Source of the DNA: Lytechinus pictus
Lineage: Eukaryota
DNA length: 64,000 bases
Reading direction: 5' to 3'
Assembly (NCBI RefSeq): GCF_037042905.1
Contig: NC_087245.1
Span: forward strand, 16,432,001 to 16,496,000
The translations under genes were made by a program, and so were the position numbers. The notes below the pieces were generated by a model. The model was given only the letters and a program-made list of their open reading frames with translations. It searched no databases and had not been told where the DNA came from. Below, piece by piece: positions 1-12,224 of this stretch (positions are counted from its first letter, which is position 1; the number at the start of each line of letters is the position of its first letter).

Positions 1-2
1 AA

Positions 3-266
3 TCTTTCCTTTCTCCAATTGACCAACTCTCTGCACAGGTTGACCAGCTCACAATGCAGATTCAAGCATTAACCATGCTGAAAAACCAGAGAGGGACTTG
101 TAGTCGACAGCGCAAGTCGGTTTCACGCGGCCTGCATCGCAGTGAACAGCATGCAGGTGCCCAGTGCTGGTATCACTGGAAGCATGGGAGTAGTGCTCAA
201 AAGTGCATTAGTCCTTGCTCTTTCTCAGCAAGAAAAGCCCAGGGAAACGGTCCCGCCAAGGAATAG
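3..266 (+). CDS. gag: C-terminal end of retrotransposon Gag (frame open from the window start)
   Basis: Frame of ORF 54..266 has no upstream stop; contains CWYHWKHGSSAQKCISPC, a Cys/His motif typical of gypsy Gag ends; stop TAG at 264-266. Confidence 0.8.
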   Translation, partial: SFLSPIDQLSAQVDQLTMQIQALTMLKNQRGTCSRQRKSVSRGLHRSEQHAGAQCWYHWKHGSSAQKCISPCSFSARKAQGNGPAKE

Positions 267-759
267 CGGCGACTAACCCCCTTGGCAGCACCCAACCCAG
301 TCGCCTTTTCTTTGTCAACGATAAGTACACTGGTACACGCTATCTCGTCGACACAGGTGCTGAGGTGAGCATTTTCCCTCATTCAAAATTGGGAAAACCG
401 GCTAGGGTTGACGCAACAAATATCCAACTACAAGCTGTAAATCGATCGCCAATCAAGACTTTCGGACAAAAGTCTTTCACAATTAATCTCGGTTTACGGC
501 GTGTTTTCCGCTGGATATTTGTTGTGACAGATATACCCACGCCGATTTTGGGTGCCGATTTTCTTGACCAGTTTGGACTGTTGGTGGATATCAAACACCG
601 CCGATTGATAGACACCACAACCACTCTTACAGTCCAGGGGTGTGGATCATATACTGGTACTATTAGCCCGATGTATGTTCAACATGACTCATCGGAGCGG
701 TTTCACTCTATTCTCCGTCAATATCCGGATATCACACGACCGGTTTACAAGCACTCAGA
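215..759 (+). CDS. pol: Pol N-terminal part: retroviral-like aspartic protease (cut by the insertion after 759)
   Basis: LVDTGAEVS active-site motif and ILGADFL motif. Confidence 0.9.
242..286 (+). promoter_or_regulatory. Programmed -1 ribosomal frameshift signal (slippery G GGA AAC plus candidate pseudoknot)
   Basis: X XXY YYZ heptamer at 242-248 in the gag frame; the protease ORF is in the -1 frame; downstream pairings 250-256/266-273 and 257-261/280-284. Confidence 0.75.
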
Positions 760-3307
760 CCCAGGACCAAAATCCAATTGAAACCAGTTGGATTTCCAAC
801 TGGTTTCAATTGGTTTCAATTGGTTTCAACTGGTTTCAATTGGTTTTAACTGGAATTTAACAATTTCCAGTTGAAACCAATTGAAACCAGTTGGGCAACT
901 GGAAATCCTAACTGGAACCAGTTGGCCGGGTAACTGGAAATGACTTCCAATTGGGAATGATTTCTAACTGGAACCAGTTGAGTAACTGGAAATCCCAACT
1001 GGAACCAGTTGGGCAACTGGAAATCCTAACTGGAACCAGTTGGGTAACTGGAAATGACTTCCAATTGGAAATGATTTATTACTGGAACCAGTTGAGTAAC
1101 TGGAAATCCCAACTGGAACCAGTTGGGCAACTGGAAATCCTAACTGGAACCAGTTGGGTAACTGGAAATGACTTCCAATTGGAAATGATTTCTAACTGGA
1201 ACCAGTTGGGCAACTGGAAATCCTAACTGGAACCAGTTGGGTAACTGGAAATGACTTCCAACTGGAAATGATTTCTAACTGGAACCAGTTGAGTAACTGG
1301 AAATCCCAACTGGAACCAGTTGGGCAACTGGAAGTCCTAACTGGAACCAGTTGGGTAACTGGAAATGACTTCCAATTGGAAATGATTTCTTACTGGAACC
1401 AGTTGAGTAACTGGAAATCCCAACTGGAACCAGTTGGGTAACTGGAAATGACTTCCAATTGGAAATGATTTCTAACTGGAACCAGTTGGGCAACTGGAAA
1501 TCCTAACTGGAACCAGTTGGGTAACTGGAAATGACTTCCAACTGGAAATGATTTCTAACTGGAACCAGTTGGGTAACTGGAAATATGACTTCCAACTGGA
1601 AATGATTTCTAACTGGAACCAGTTGAGTAACTGGAAATCCCAACTGGAACCAGTTGGGCAACTGGAAATCCTAACTGGAACCAGTTGGGTAACTGGAAAT
1701 GACTTCCAATTGGAAATGATTTCTTACTGGAACCAGTTGGGCAACTGGAAATCCTAACTGGAACCAGTTGGGTAACTGGAAATGACTTCCAATTGGAAAT
1801 GATTTCTAATTGGAACCAGTTGGGCAACTGGAAATCCTAACTGGAACCAGTTGGGTAACTGGAAATGACTTCCAACTGGAAATGATTTCTAACTGGAACC
1901 AGTTGGGCAACTGGAAATCCTAACTGGAACCAGTTGGGTAACTGGAAATGACTTCCAACTGGAAATGATTTCTAACTGGAACCAGTTGGGTAACTGGAAA
2001 TATGACTTCCAACTGGAAATGATTTCTAACTGGAACCAGTTGAGTAACTGGAAATCCCAACTGGAACCAGTTGGGCAACTGGAAATCCTAACTGGAACCA
2101 GTTGGGTAACTGGAAATGACTTCCAATTGGAAATGATTTCTTACTGGAACCAGTTGGGCAACTGGAAATCCTAACTGGAACCAGTTGGGTAACTGGAAAT
2201 GACTTCCAATTGGAAATGATTTCTAACTGGAACCAGTTGGGCAACTGGAAATCCTAACTGGAACCAGTTGGGTAACTGGAAATGACTTCCAACTGGAAAT
2301 GATTTCTAACTGGAACCAGTTGGGTAACTGGAAATCCTAACTTGAACCATTCAGTTGTGTAACTGGAAATCCTAACTGGTACCAATTGGGTAACTGAGAT
2401 GACTTCTAACTGGAAAGATGGGTAACTGGAAATGAATTCTAATTGGAACCAGTTGGGTAACTGGAAATTATTTCCAATTGGTTTCCAATTGGAAATTTTC
2501 CAGTTACCCAACTGGATCCAATTGAAACCAGTTAATTTGCATATTATTTGCCAGTGTGCACAGATTAATGTTTTATGAGATTAATCATCATTAACAATGT
2601 ATCTATTTAATTCTTTACAATTTCAAGTACCACACTTTTTAAAGATTAGTATTTAGAATACTTAGCAGTGAAAACCATGTTCATAAATGTTATAGATTAT
2701 AATTAAAACAGATTAAAGGATAATTAGTACACCACTAACTGTTACCAAATTACATCAAATAAAAGTACATATATTTGAAGATCTTCCATATAAATATATA
2801 TACATGAAAGTCTGTATTTTATCAATGCCCTTTACATTGGTATTAATAGACATATAACACTGCTTCTCTGTTGGCATGAGAAATAGTTACTGCAAATGCT
2901 AATTAATTTGTAACTAATTAAGTTCGTTCCAACTGGAAGTTCCAATTGGATCCAGTTGGAAACCAATTGGTTTCAACTGGTTCCAGTTGAAACCAGTTGC
3001 CTCCAATTGGTTTCAACTGGAACCAATTGAAACCAGTTGCCTCCAATTGGATTCAATTGGTTTTAATAGGGAAATTGGAACAACTGGAACCAATTGACAA
3101 CAATTGCCAATTAACTGGTTCCAGTTGCCCAATTGGTTTTAACTGGAACCAATTGGCAACTGGTTTTCAATTGGTTTTTAACTGGAACCAATTGGCAACT
3201 GGTTTTCAATTGGAACCAGTTGTTCCAATTTCCCTATTGAAACCAGTTGGCCAACTGGTTTCAATTGGTTTTGCCCTAATTGGTTTTAACTGGATTTTGG
3301 TCCTGGG
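760..3307. mobile_element. Non-autonomous DNA transposon, CACTA/EnSpm (CMC)-like, 2548 bp
   Basis: 17-bp perfect TIR CCCAGGACCAAAATCCA...TGGATTTTGGTCCTGGG; 2-bp TSD GA (758-759, 3308-3309); dense subterminal repeats; removal restores the pol frame; no transposase. Superfamily inferred from CCC termini plus 2-bp TSD. Confidence 0.88.
880..2470 (+). repeat. Composite tandem repeat (31-, 52- and 54-bp monomers) with a 417-bp higher-order duplication
   Basis: Monomers start AACTGGAACCAGTTG; identical ORF translations at 1548/1965 and 1609/2026 show the 417-bp period. Confidence 0.95.
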
Positions 3308-3309
3308 GA

Positions 3310-5965
3310 AGTGAAACATAATACCACGCATCACATCCCAACCCGAGGCCCGCCCGCGGCAGCGCGTCCTCGTCGACTTGCACCAGATCGTCAGAGAATT
3401 GCCCAGGCAGAGTTCGAGCACATGCTTGAACTTGGCATTATCCGACAATCTGAGAGCAACTGGTCAAGTCCATTGCACATGGTTCCCAAGAAAACGCCAG
3501 GGGACTGGCGGCCTTGTGGTGATTATCGCTTGCTCAACGCTCGCACGGTCCCGGATCGATACCCTATCCCACACTTGCAAGATTTCTCTTCAACTCTTGC
3601 AGGTAAGACAATTTTTTCCAAAATTGATCTCGTTAGGGCATATCATCAGATCCCAGTCGAGCCTAGCGACATTCACAAGACTGCCGTGACCACTCCATTC
3701 GGCTTATTCGAATTCGTTCGAATGCCATTCGGCCTTAGGAATGCAGCACAAACATTCCAGCGATTGATGGACACCGTCATTCGCGGCCTTCCATTTGTCT
3801 ATGTTTATCTGGATGATATACTGGTAGCCAGTTCCTCTAAGGATGAACATGTGACACATCTCCGTCAGCTTTTCGATCGCCTGCAGGAGTATGGCATCAT
3901 CGTCAATCCCTCGAAATGTCAGTTTGGTGCTTCATCGCTATCTTTTCTCGGACATATGGTGGACAACACCGGAATCCGCCCTCTTAGCGACAAAGTGAAA
4001 ATCATCCGTGATTTTCCCGCACCTACGTCACTCACCAAACTTCGAGAATTCCTGGGATTGATAAACTTCTACAGGCGATTCATTCCTCGTTGTGCAGAGG
4101 TGCTGCAACCACTGACTGATCTGTTGAAAAACAGAACAAAAAAGAACATGCCAATTGATCTTGGAGAGAAAGAGCTTCTTGCTTTCAATCATGCTAAAGA
4201 TCAATTGGCTAACTCTACTGTTCTTGTGCACCCTCGCACTGATGTTCCCTTGTGCCTACTAGTCGACGCTTCTGACGTAGGAGTTGGGGGAGCTATCCAA
4301 CAACGAGTAGATGGAGTGTGGCAACCTCTGGCTTTCTTCTCTAAGAGGTTACAACCCGCTGAAACCAAATACAGCACTTTTGGTAGGGAGTTGCTTGCAG
4401 CATATCTGGGTATCAAGCACTTTCGCCATCTTCTTGAAGGTAGGTCATTTACTATCTACACTGACCACAAACCTCTTACCCATGCACTCAAATCGAAACC
4501 GGATAGGCATTCGCCACGTGAAATCCGACAACTCGATTTCATTTCTCAGTTCACATCTGATATACAGCACATTTCAGGTAAGGAGAACACAGCAGCAGAC
4601 GCCCTCTCTCGTCTGTATATTGACAGAGTTGATTCTTCCTCAATCATAGACTTTGCGGCCATCGCAAAAGATCAGGAAGATGAAACTGAGGTGAAAGACT
4701 CCTCACTTCAACTCAAGTCAATTGCTCTCCCAGGTTCTACCACTACCATTCTGTGCGATATATCAACTGGTACTGCCAGGCCTTTGGTACCAGTCAAACA
4801 TAGAAGAGCTATTTTTGATTCCCTTCATGGACTTTCTCATCCAGGAATCAGAGCTACTCAAAAGCTCATTACAGAGCGCTTTGTTTGGCCTAGCATCAAC
4901 GCTGATGTCAGAAAATGGGCCAAAACATGCCTCGAGTGTCAAAAGTGTAAAGTACATCGGCACACCAAAGCACCACTTGGTACTTTCACTTCACCTGATG
5001 CACGCTTCTCTCATGTGCACATCGACCTCGTAGGCCCGCTTCCTTCATCAGAGGGTAACAATTATCTTCTTACTTGTGTTGATCGCTACACCAGATGGCC
5101 AGAAGCTATCCCTATCCCAGACATCACTGCGGAGACGGTAGCGCGAGCATTTGTGGCCAGATGGGTAGCAGTGTTTGGCGCACCTACTACCATCACAACA
5201 GACAGAGGTAGGCAATTTGAGTCAGCACTTTTCCTTTCACTCACCAACCTCCTTGGCACTAAACGCATCCGCACAACAGCATACCATCCTGCCGCAAATG
5301 GTTTAGTGGAGCGTTTTCATCGCCAACTTAAAGCCTCTCTCAAAGCTCATAACAAGGTCCGTTGGACTGAGTCACTCCCTTTAGTCTTGCTAGGTATACG
5401 CACAGCAATCAAGGCGGACATTGGATGCTCTGCAGCAGAACTAGTATTTGGGACTACAGTCACTCTACCTGCACAATTTGTAGCTCCTTCACAAATTGAT
5501 TCTGCCGATGACCCATCTAACTATGCCCACAGACTAAAGAGAATGATGCGGGAATTACATCCCACTCCTACTAGAAAACAGCAAACTCGAACACAGGTAC
5601 ATCCTGAACTGCATTCTTCATCTCACATCTTTCTACGAGATGATGCTGTTACAAAGCCATTGCAACCTCCATACAGAGGACCCTTCCGAGTCATCCGTCG
5701 CACTGACAAGTATTTTACCATCGATTATAATGGTAAACATGAAAATGTCAGTGTCGACAGACTGAAACCGGCTTTCATCGAGCAGGAGGCTACCACTCCA
5801 TTTCATCATCAAGATCCGCCTGACCAAGTTCGTCAACAATCCAACTCCACGGACTTGGCAGGGGATCCTGATGACAAGCATATGCCTCCCGAAATTCGTA
5901 AGACCCGTTCTGGTCGCCATGTCAGGTTTCCTGCCAAGTACATTCAATTTTTCGGAGACGGTTGA
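3310..5965 (+). CDS. pol: Pol C-terminal part: reverse transcriptase, RNase H, integrase
   Basis: RMPFGLRNA and YLDD (RT); LVDASD and TDHKPL (RNase H); H..H..C..C zinc motif, [22 protein letters not shown] core and PYRGPF (GPY/F) in integrase; 884 codons uninterrupted. Confidence 0.97.
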
Positions 5966-6083
5966 AACATTTCTCAAAATTCACTGATGTTTCCACTCCT
6001 TTTATTTTCTTGTTTTATATAGCCAAGTTCCCTTTTACTTTCCCTTGTCGATTTGTTACTACATTTCTATTCGGTACAAATCT

Positions 6084-6092
6084 AGGGGGGAG
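6084..6092 (+). promoter_or_regulatory. Polypurine tract (plus-strand primer)
   Basis: AGGGGGGAG ending 4 nt before the TGT that begins the LTR. Confidence 0.85.
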
Positions 6093-6096
6093 CTAC

Positions 6097-6981
6097 TGTA
6101 GTGACTTGACTATATCTATATCTACATCTATATATTCTTTCCTTGTATATATTTTCATTTATATTTCTACATTCTGTATATGTATATAAATTCTTTCTTT
6201 TATTTCCAATTTCATATATTCTCACTTGTTCACGCCATGTGTATGTACCACAATACTCTACATTCACAGAACAAGGCAATTCATTTCCTGCCCAGATCTA
6301 CTTGGCAAACACATTCTTATATTGAGAAACAACCTTTCTTTTGTTCCTAGACTTGGAGCAAACATCCTTTCATTGTTCCTTGTTTATTGCAATGAACTTG
6401 CAGGTATATACAACATCACTACAGAGATGCTGGCATGTTTGCTTTTCTCACAGTCTGCTTCTCTCTTCTTTGTTCTTTTCAACTTTGTTTTGCCCCTCTT
6501 TTTGGCGCTTATTTTTTTGTCTCATCTTTTCTGATGTTGGTAAAAACAACTTGTTTTCTCTACCACATCATCACTCTACTCTCTGCCTTCGTCCTGTCCA
6601 CTCATGCTGACCATCTCATCCAGCTGCTAGTGAGGATTGAATCAAATCTTGTGGAGGATCAACTTATACTTAATTATTTCTCTGCATTTTCCAATCTTAT
6701 TCCTTACCGTCACTTCCACTCATTCGAAGTCTATATTCTCTGCATATTTAATGAGCTCATTACTTCGCGAGACATTTTGTGACATCTGTCCCTTTTTCTA
6801 CTCTATTTGAAATTGTGAAGTGTATATATTTCTATTCACGGATTTGTGCAATTTATCTGAGATTCTGAGCGGCTGGATCCCATTCTATCTTCTGGCGAGC
6901 AAGAATTAAGGTAGGACCTAACTTTTATATAAATATTAGGAGATCGGCTTTGCCAATTTCCTAAAAGTGTGAGTCTCAACA
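6097..6981 (+). repeat. 3' LTR (~885 bp)
   Basis: Starts TGTAGTGACT just after the PPT; ends AGTCTCAACA (8/10 inverted match). The 5' LTR is outside the window, so the end is not confirmed. Confidence 0.7.
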
Positions 6982-7065
6982 CTGTAGGCAACTTTTCAGT
7001 TAATTTTGTTTTATGAAGTGACCATTATATTCATCATTCATTATACGATCATAACTGTAGTCGTA

Positions 7066-7345
7066 TCGTCGTCATCATCATCATCAATCATCGTCTTCAT
7101 CATCATACCATCATCATCATCGTCTTCATCATACCATCATCATCTATCATCATTATCCTGACATCCTCGCAGTCATCGTCATCACCATTCACCACCAAGC
7201 ACCACCACCATTGTGAACAACCTCATGTCCTCCTTCTCCTTCTACTCTCCTTTCTCCCCTTTCTTCTTCTTTCCTCTCATTCTTATATTTCTATTCTTCT
7301 TCCTCCTGCTACTCCTTCGAGTCCTTCCTCTTTTCTTATTTTGTC
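7066..7345 (+). repeat. Degenerate (CAT)n/(CAC)n microsatellite followed by a pyrimidine-rich tract
   Basis: Directly visible. Confidence 0.8.
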
Positions 7346-7798
7346 TTCAATATTTTGTGTTCTCCTAGTTTTGTAATAATTTGTGCCACTATACTTTTTC
7401 ATTTCCTCATCCTCTACCTCTTCCTCTGATCAGCCCCATCCTGCTCTTTTCTAAACTGTTATTTTGACCCCACTTGTTCAGCACCCATACAATGATGCTG
7501 GAGATACTCCCTCCATTCACTCACTAGTATTTGACATATCGGATTCTAATTGGCTCCTTGTTTAGCATTCTAAATGTATATTCACGAGTAAGGCTCACGG
7601 GTACGCCAATCACATTGCCCTAAACTATAAGCACATTCTGATTTGCCCATTATTTTCACTCGAGATGTAGTGCATATAAGGTGATATCATTTTCGGATAC
7701 CAACACTGTTCATTCCTGACGCAATTAATGACGATACAGTCATCTTCATCAGTTGTCCATGAAACAATAATTCGGAAATTTTCCACCAAAGATTCAAG

Positions 7799-7871
7799 AT
7801 GTATTCTCAGCAGCTATTCTCGTTTGCCCTCCTCGCTATAGTAGCATGTGCGATGTCTGCATTCACAAGAG
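7799..7871 (+). CDS. Secreted protease-inhibitor-like gene, coding exon 1 (signal peptide)
   Basis: ATG at 7799; MYSQQLFSFALLAIVACAMSAFTR has a hydrophobic core; phase-1 donor G|GTAAGC. Confidence 0.75.
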
Positions 7872-9868
7872 GTAAGCTGCTTCGTAAAATACTCGATTTA
7901 ATCGTTTGGTATATTGTGTTTTATAGACTTATGCATTTACCTAAAGAATCACCATTTGGGAAATAGTTTTTTTTTTTTTGGGGGGGGGGCTATAAGTCTA
8001 CTTATAAGTGTTCTCTCAAAACGTTCATCATTCCAAAATAGACCTAATTATTGCAACTTGTACGAGTTCCACACCCTCAAATTGACATTAATAAGTAGTC
8101 TGTAAAATGTATTGTAAAACTAAAAAAAAATCGGAAAATCGGATGGATTAAAAAAAAAAAATTAATGAATTGTAAATTGTGCGTCCTTTTATGAGTTTGC
8201 GTACTTATACTTTATGGTGCTTGATCCTTACATTGCTTTTTGTATTTTCTTTAACATGAAATCGTGATATTTTCATTTTTGCATAACTTCGCTCCAAAAA
8301 TATATCCATGAAGTTCCATGTCACTTTTAATCGACATGCAGAATCACGTAATAACAAGTAGATTTATTGTGAATCTTTAAAAGAAAGTTTTAGCTTCTCT
8401 TCAGGAAAATTATTTAGATTTAGAAAGAAATCTAGTCTACATCTAGTTGAAATAAGAAAATACCATAAGAAAGATTATTTTCCTCTTACTAGCGTATAAC
8501 TTTCATCCATGGCCGGATCGGAGAGAGAGAGAAAGAAAGACAGACATTGAGACAGTATGGGGTGGGGGCTCGGAGAGCAAGAGATTTTTAAAATAATATA
8601 TTATTGTTTTGTTCTTAATGTATATGCATGACCCCATGCAGTGTAAAACAATCCAACAACCAAATTTGGCTTTTTATTATCTTGTAACGAACTGTATAAA
8701 GAGGCAAATTCTGGTAAAATAAACCCTTGTAAAGAAAATTACTGGATTGTTAAACACTTAAACACATTTCCTCTTCGTATGCAGCGTTCCTTTATTTTTT
8801 TACATGTAATAATTGTGTAGACTCATGAGAATCTGGTGAAAATTATTGCTTTCAGTATGGAAATTTATTTCTGTCAGAAAGGCCTGACTTTTCACCACCG
8901 TCTACACTAATGTTTTTTTATCTCTATATAAAGGAGGTGACACCCCAAAAAATAGGCCTATAGTACCCTAGAAGTGGAGTTTAACATGATATCGGTTCAC
9001 CCCGAAAAAGGGTTTCTTTTGCCTTATCCGAAAGGCTTTTTATAATGAATTCGCTTTGTTTTCCCTGTATTAATCGTCGACGAGTGACTCATTGCTTTGA
9101 TTAAAATGTGTTGACGAAATGTCATCTCCGAAGCGTCACTGATGCTTTCTACTTTAATTCTCACTTCATGAGACGTGGAAAAGATGAATGGCCAGCCGTT
9201 TGTGGCTAATCCACCCGGCTTGCCCGGAAAAGTACGTCCTTCAAGGGTTGATGATTACCGATGATTTAAATAATAAAACATTATCAATTTTTCTCGACGA
9301 CGTCATTCGTCTATCAGAACAGTTTCATTAAAACAAATGCAGTTTCCATTGCTGCACATGACTAAGCTTAAATATAATATTAAATGATTTTCTAAAATTA
9401 TGATGGGATTAGTATAGTATATTGGCTAATATGTGAATGATAGAAGGGAATATAATCTCTTTATCATCTCATTTTCTGAAAATGATGTCAAAACTTAATA
9501 CTTATAACATACCAGTAATATATGTTTATCAAAGAGGTGAGAAAAGTACAAAAAGTACACTCTGATGTTTGACGAAAATCCACAAAAAAGCGCTCCCATC
9601 CCGATCATATTTCACATTTTAAGATATCATCAGACACATTATTTCATACATGCTTCTATGAGAAATATATTTTCACTCACCGTGAACTTTTATGTCAAAA
9701 TTATAATTTTACATATTTTACGACGATCAAGATTCTCGGACGATGGAAACGGTTAAAATATTAATGATTTCAGACGGTATGATTCACAAAACTACGAAAA
9801 GTTGACTTGTGTTGTGACATTATCATACTGGCCCAAATAAAGTTTATTTATTTATTTATTTCTTCAAG

Positions 9869-10030
9869 ATGCTTGTGAATTGAAGGCCAAGAAAGGACCT
9901 TGTACTGACTACACACAACGGTGGGCTTTCAGCAGTGCGAAAGGAAAATGTGTTCCGTTTTCTTACGGAGGATGCCGAGGAAATCCGAACAACTTCGAAT
10001 CTAAAGCCGAATGCCGAAAATACTGTGAAG
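9869..10030 (+). CDS. Exon 2: Kunitz/BPTI domain
   Basis: [51 protein letters not shown] has six Cys and the FxYGGCxGNxNNF signature; AG/GT borders, phase 1-1. Confidence 0.93.
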
Positions 10031-10534
10031 GTATGAATCATGGTTTAAATGACTGATAGTAATAGGCGGTCGTTCTTGTAATTAAGATACACAACAAATA
10101 TTTCTTACTGGATTATCTAATTCCAAGTTTTTTCCCCTAATTAATTCCATGTAATTATTCTATTTCAATCGTTTTCGTTTTCGCCCACATAATATTTTTT
10201 ATTGTGGTATGTAACATTAATTTTGAAAGGGAAATTCTCCAACAACTTTTCTGTATGTCATATTAAAGTTAAACAGAATCGCATATTTACGTGATTGTTC
10301 TTATTTCAATTATAAAACATCTCGCCATTCATTCTTAATGGGTAAGCTTGATTCTTATCGATATCGATTCCGAGAATAATTTTGGTCACAGATGCAAAGT
10401 TGAATGGAAATTTAGCCCCTATTGATAATGCCATGATTGCAATCATGAATTAAAGTGATTTATTTCGTTATAAAAGTGTTTCAGATTGTGTCTCAAAATT
10501 ATGACTTAAAATAATTGATATGTGTTCTGTATAG

Positions 10535-10622
10535 AGGCTGGTCGTGGATGCTATGAACCGGATGAAGGTCGATGGTACAAAGACGGTGAACAGAAGGAAT
10601 CGGATCAGCCCTGCGGAGGATG
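10535..10622 (+). CDS. Exon 3: first half of a VWC-like Cys module
   Basis: EAGRGCYEPDEGRWYKDGEQKESDQPCGG; TAG acceptor, GTAAGT donor; phases fit the neighbouring exons. Confidence 0.75.
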
Positions 10623-11407
10623 GTAAGTTCTTCAAATTCACTTGTTTAGATTTATTACACCCCCTCCTAAATAAAAGAAAGGAAAAAAATGGTAATATGG
10701 ATTCTTTCATTGATTTCTATTTTCGGCTAATCCCCATCTGTTGAATATCACGTTTCATGCAGCTATTGTCCATTTTGGTTACCCCTTGCTGGTGCACATC
10801 ATTCTGTTGGGGTTTGGGGGAGAGGAAGGAGTGGGGGTTGCTGTGGTTATCACTTACACCCTGGTCACGGTTTGGTTCGTGTGGTCCTTACTCCCATGTG
10901 ATATATGGTTTTATTTTTCATTTGTGGTTACTCGTTTTGATGACCCTATCGTCTGCTTCTCACACTATTCAACAATTAACCCCCCCCCCATCACACAAAC
11001 AAATATATATGAATTTCCCCAATATTCTAGAGCATATACCCGATACAGTAGTTTAAGAGTCGAAGTGTGACTGTGTAATTAGATCAAGCAAACTTTTTTT
11101 TTTAACTGATATCATAAATTCGTATTTTCAAACCTGATGTGGGTATATTCACTCTGGCTTTATAATTCTTTGTTATTTCAAGCAGGGATGCATTGGACGC
11201 ACGCCCCCTCTATCTTGAACATACATAGGCCTATTAACATAGCAAAATATAAAAAAAATAGCAATTTGCACCCCTCTATCGTGTCTTTTTCATAATCCTG
11301 GATCCGCCACTTAAATTAAACGAGATGTTATTTTATTTAAGAATGAAAATAATATTTACTGCGTCTTGAAATAATTAATTTTATATGATGTCTTTATACC
11401 AATATAG

Positions 11408-11445
11408 TGCCTGTATCAAAGGTTACTGGGCTTGTTCGAGCTGCA
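11408..11445 (+). CDS. Exon 4: second half of the VWC-like module
   Basis: CACIKGYWACSSC; 38-bp exon with TAG/GTAAGT borders and matching phases. Confidence 0.7.
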
Positions 11446-12116
11446 GTAAGTATAATGTTTAACGTGATATATTTTCTTCCATAATTTTTGGTAGATTAGT
11501 ACAAGCGGACCCCGACTCAAGCTATTACTTTTAGGGAAGGCGTGTCTTAATATGTAAATTAACCTTGTTATAAATGACAAATGATCTTGTATTGTTTGTG
11601 TTTACAGTTATATTTTGTGAAAATGGAAGAACATGAATGACAGCAATTAGGGCAATTTTGTCACAGGCTATATGGTCTTATAAATGAAGAGAGATTGCTT
11701 GTAAGTGAAGGAATTTGATCATTTTTTAAAGTGATAGCCCCCATTTTAGCCTGCCAAATTACAAGATATACAAGTTATTGCCATTTTGAATTGTCAACCT
11801 TTTATGAGGTTACATTTACGTCTAATGCCCCTGCCCCTCTAAGTGCTGGAAAAATAAAATGATTACAATCGACCATTTTCCGTTTCGTAATTATCAATGA
11901 CATTTAGTTTTTAACCAATTATATGCCACGATACCATGCATGCAAGCTTTAATTTGATGGAAAACGTGTTTTTATGAATTTTGCAAGATCATGACATAAT
12001 GACATAATATGCTTGACCATTTGGGTCCCTTTTCGTTAAACATATTTTGTTGTTTGGCACAAATTTGCCCTTTTATAGCCAATGAGATTCCAGTATCTTA
12101 TGTATTCTGTTTACAG

Positions 12117-12224
12117 ACAGGAATCTCCTTGAGTGTCCTGCCATTCGCTGTATGAATGATTGTCCCCACGGTTACCAAGCTGATGAGTTTGGATGTGCTA
12201 CATGTAAATGCAAGAGAAAGCCAG
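12117..12224 (+). CDS. Exon 5: antistasin-like domain
   Basis: CPAIRCMNDCPHGYQADEFGCATCKC matches the antistasin Cys spacing; CAG acceptor, GT donor. Confidence 0.88.

Larger units (their letters stand above)
1..6981 (+). mobile_element. Ty3/gypsy LTR retrotransposon, 5' part outside the window, interrupted by a DNA transposon at 760-3307
   Basis: Gag C-terminal CWYH..G..A.KC..PC motif, then protease, RT, RNase H and integrase in gypsy order, a polypurine tract and a TG...CA LTR. Confidence 0.95.

Noticed and set aside
880..2470. Possible CRISPR array (palindromic repeats with regular spacing)
   Set aside because: The intervening sequences are themselves repeated, there are no unique spacers or cas genes, and the context is eukaryotic; it is a transposon-internal satellite.
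3311..3313. GTG as a genuine start of an 884-aa Pol
   Set aside because: Artefact of the insertion; the frame is continuous with the protease ORF once the element is removed.
642..3314. W/N/Q-rich ORFs on both strands in the insertion
   Set aside because: Translations of the tandem repeat with frequent stops; no coding signal.
3378..5977. Overlapping and antisense ORFs within pol
   Set aside because: Shadow ORFs with no recognisable motifs.
6082..6782. Hydrophobic ORFs after pol as an env-like gene
   Set aside because: They lie inside the T-rich LTR, are short and overlapping, and have no envelope features.
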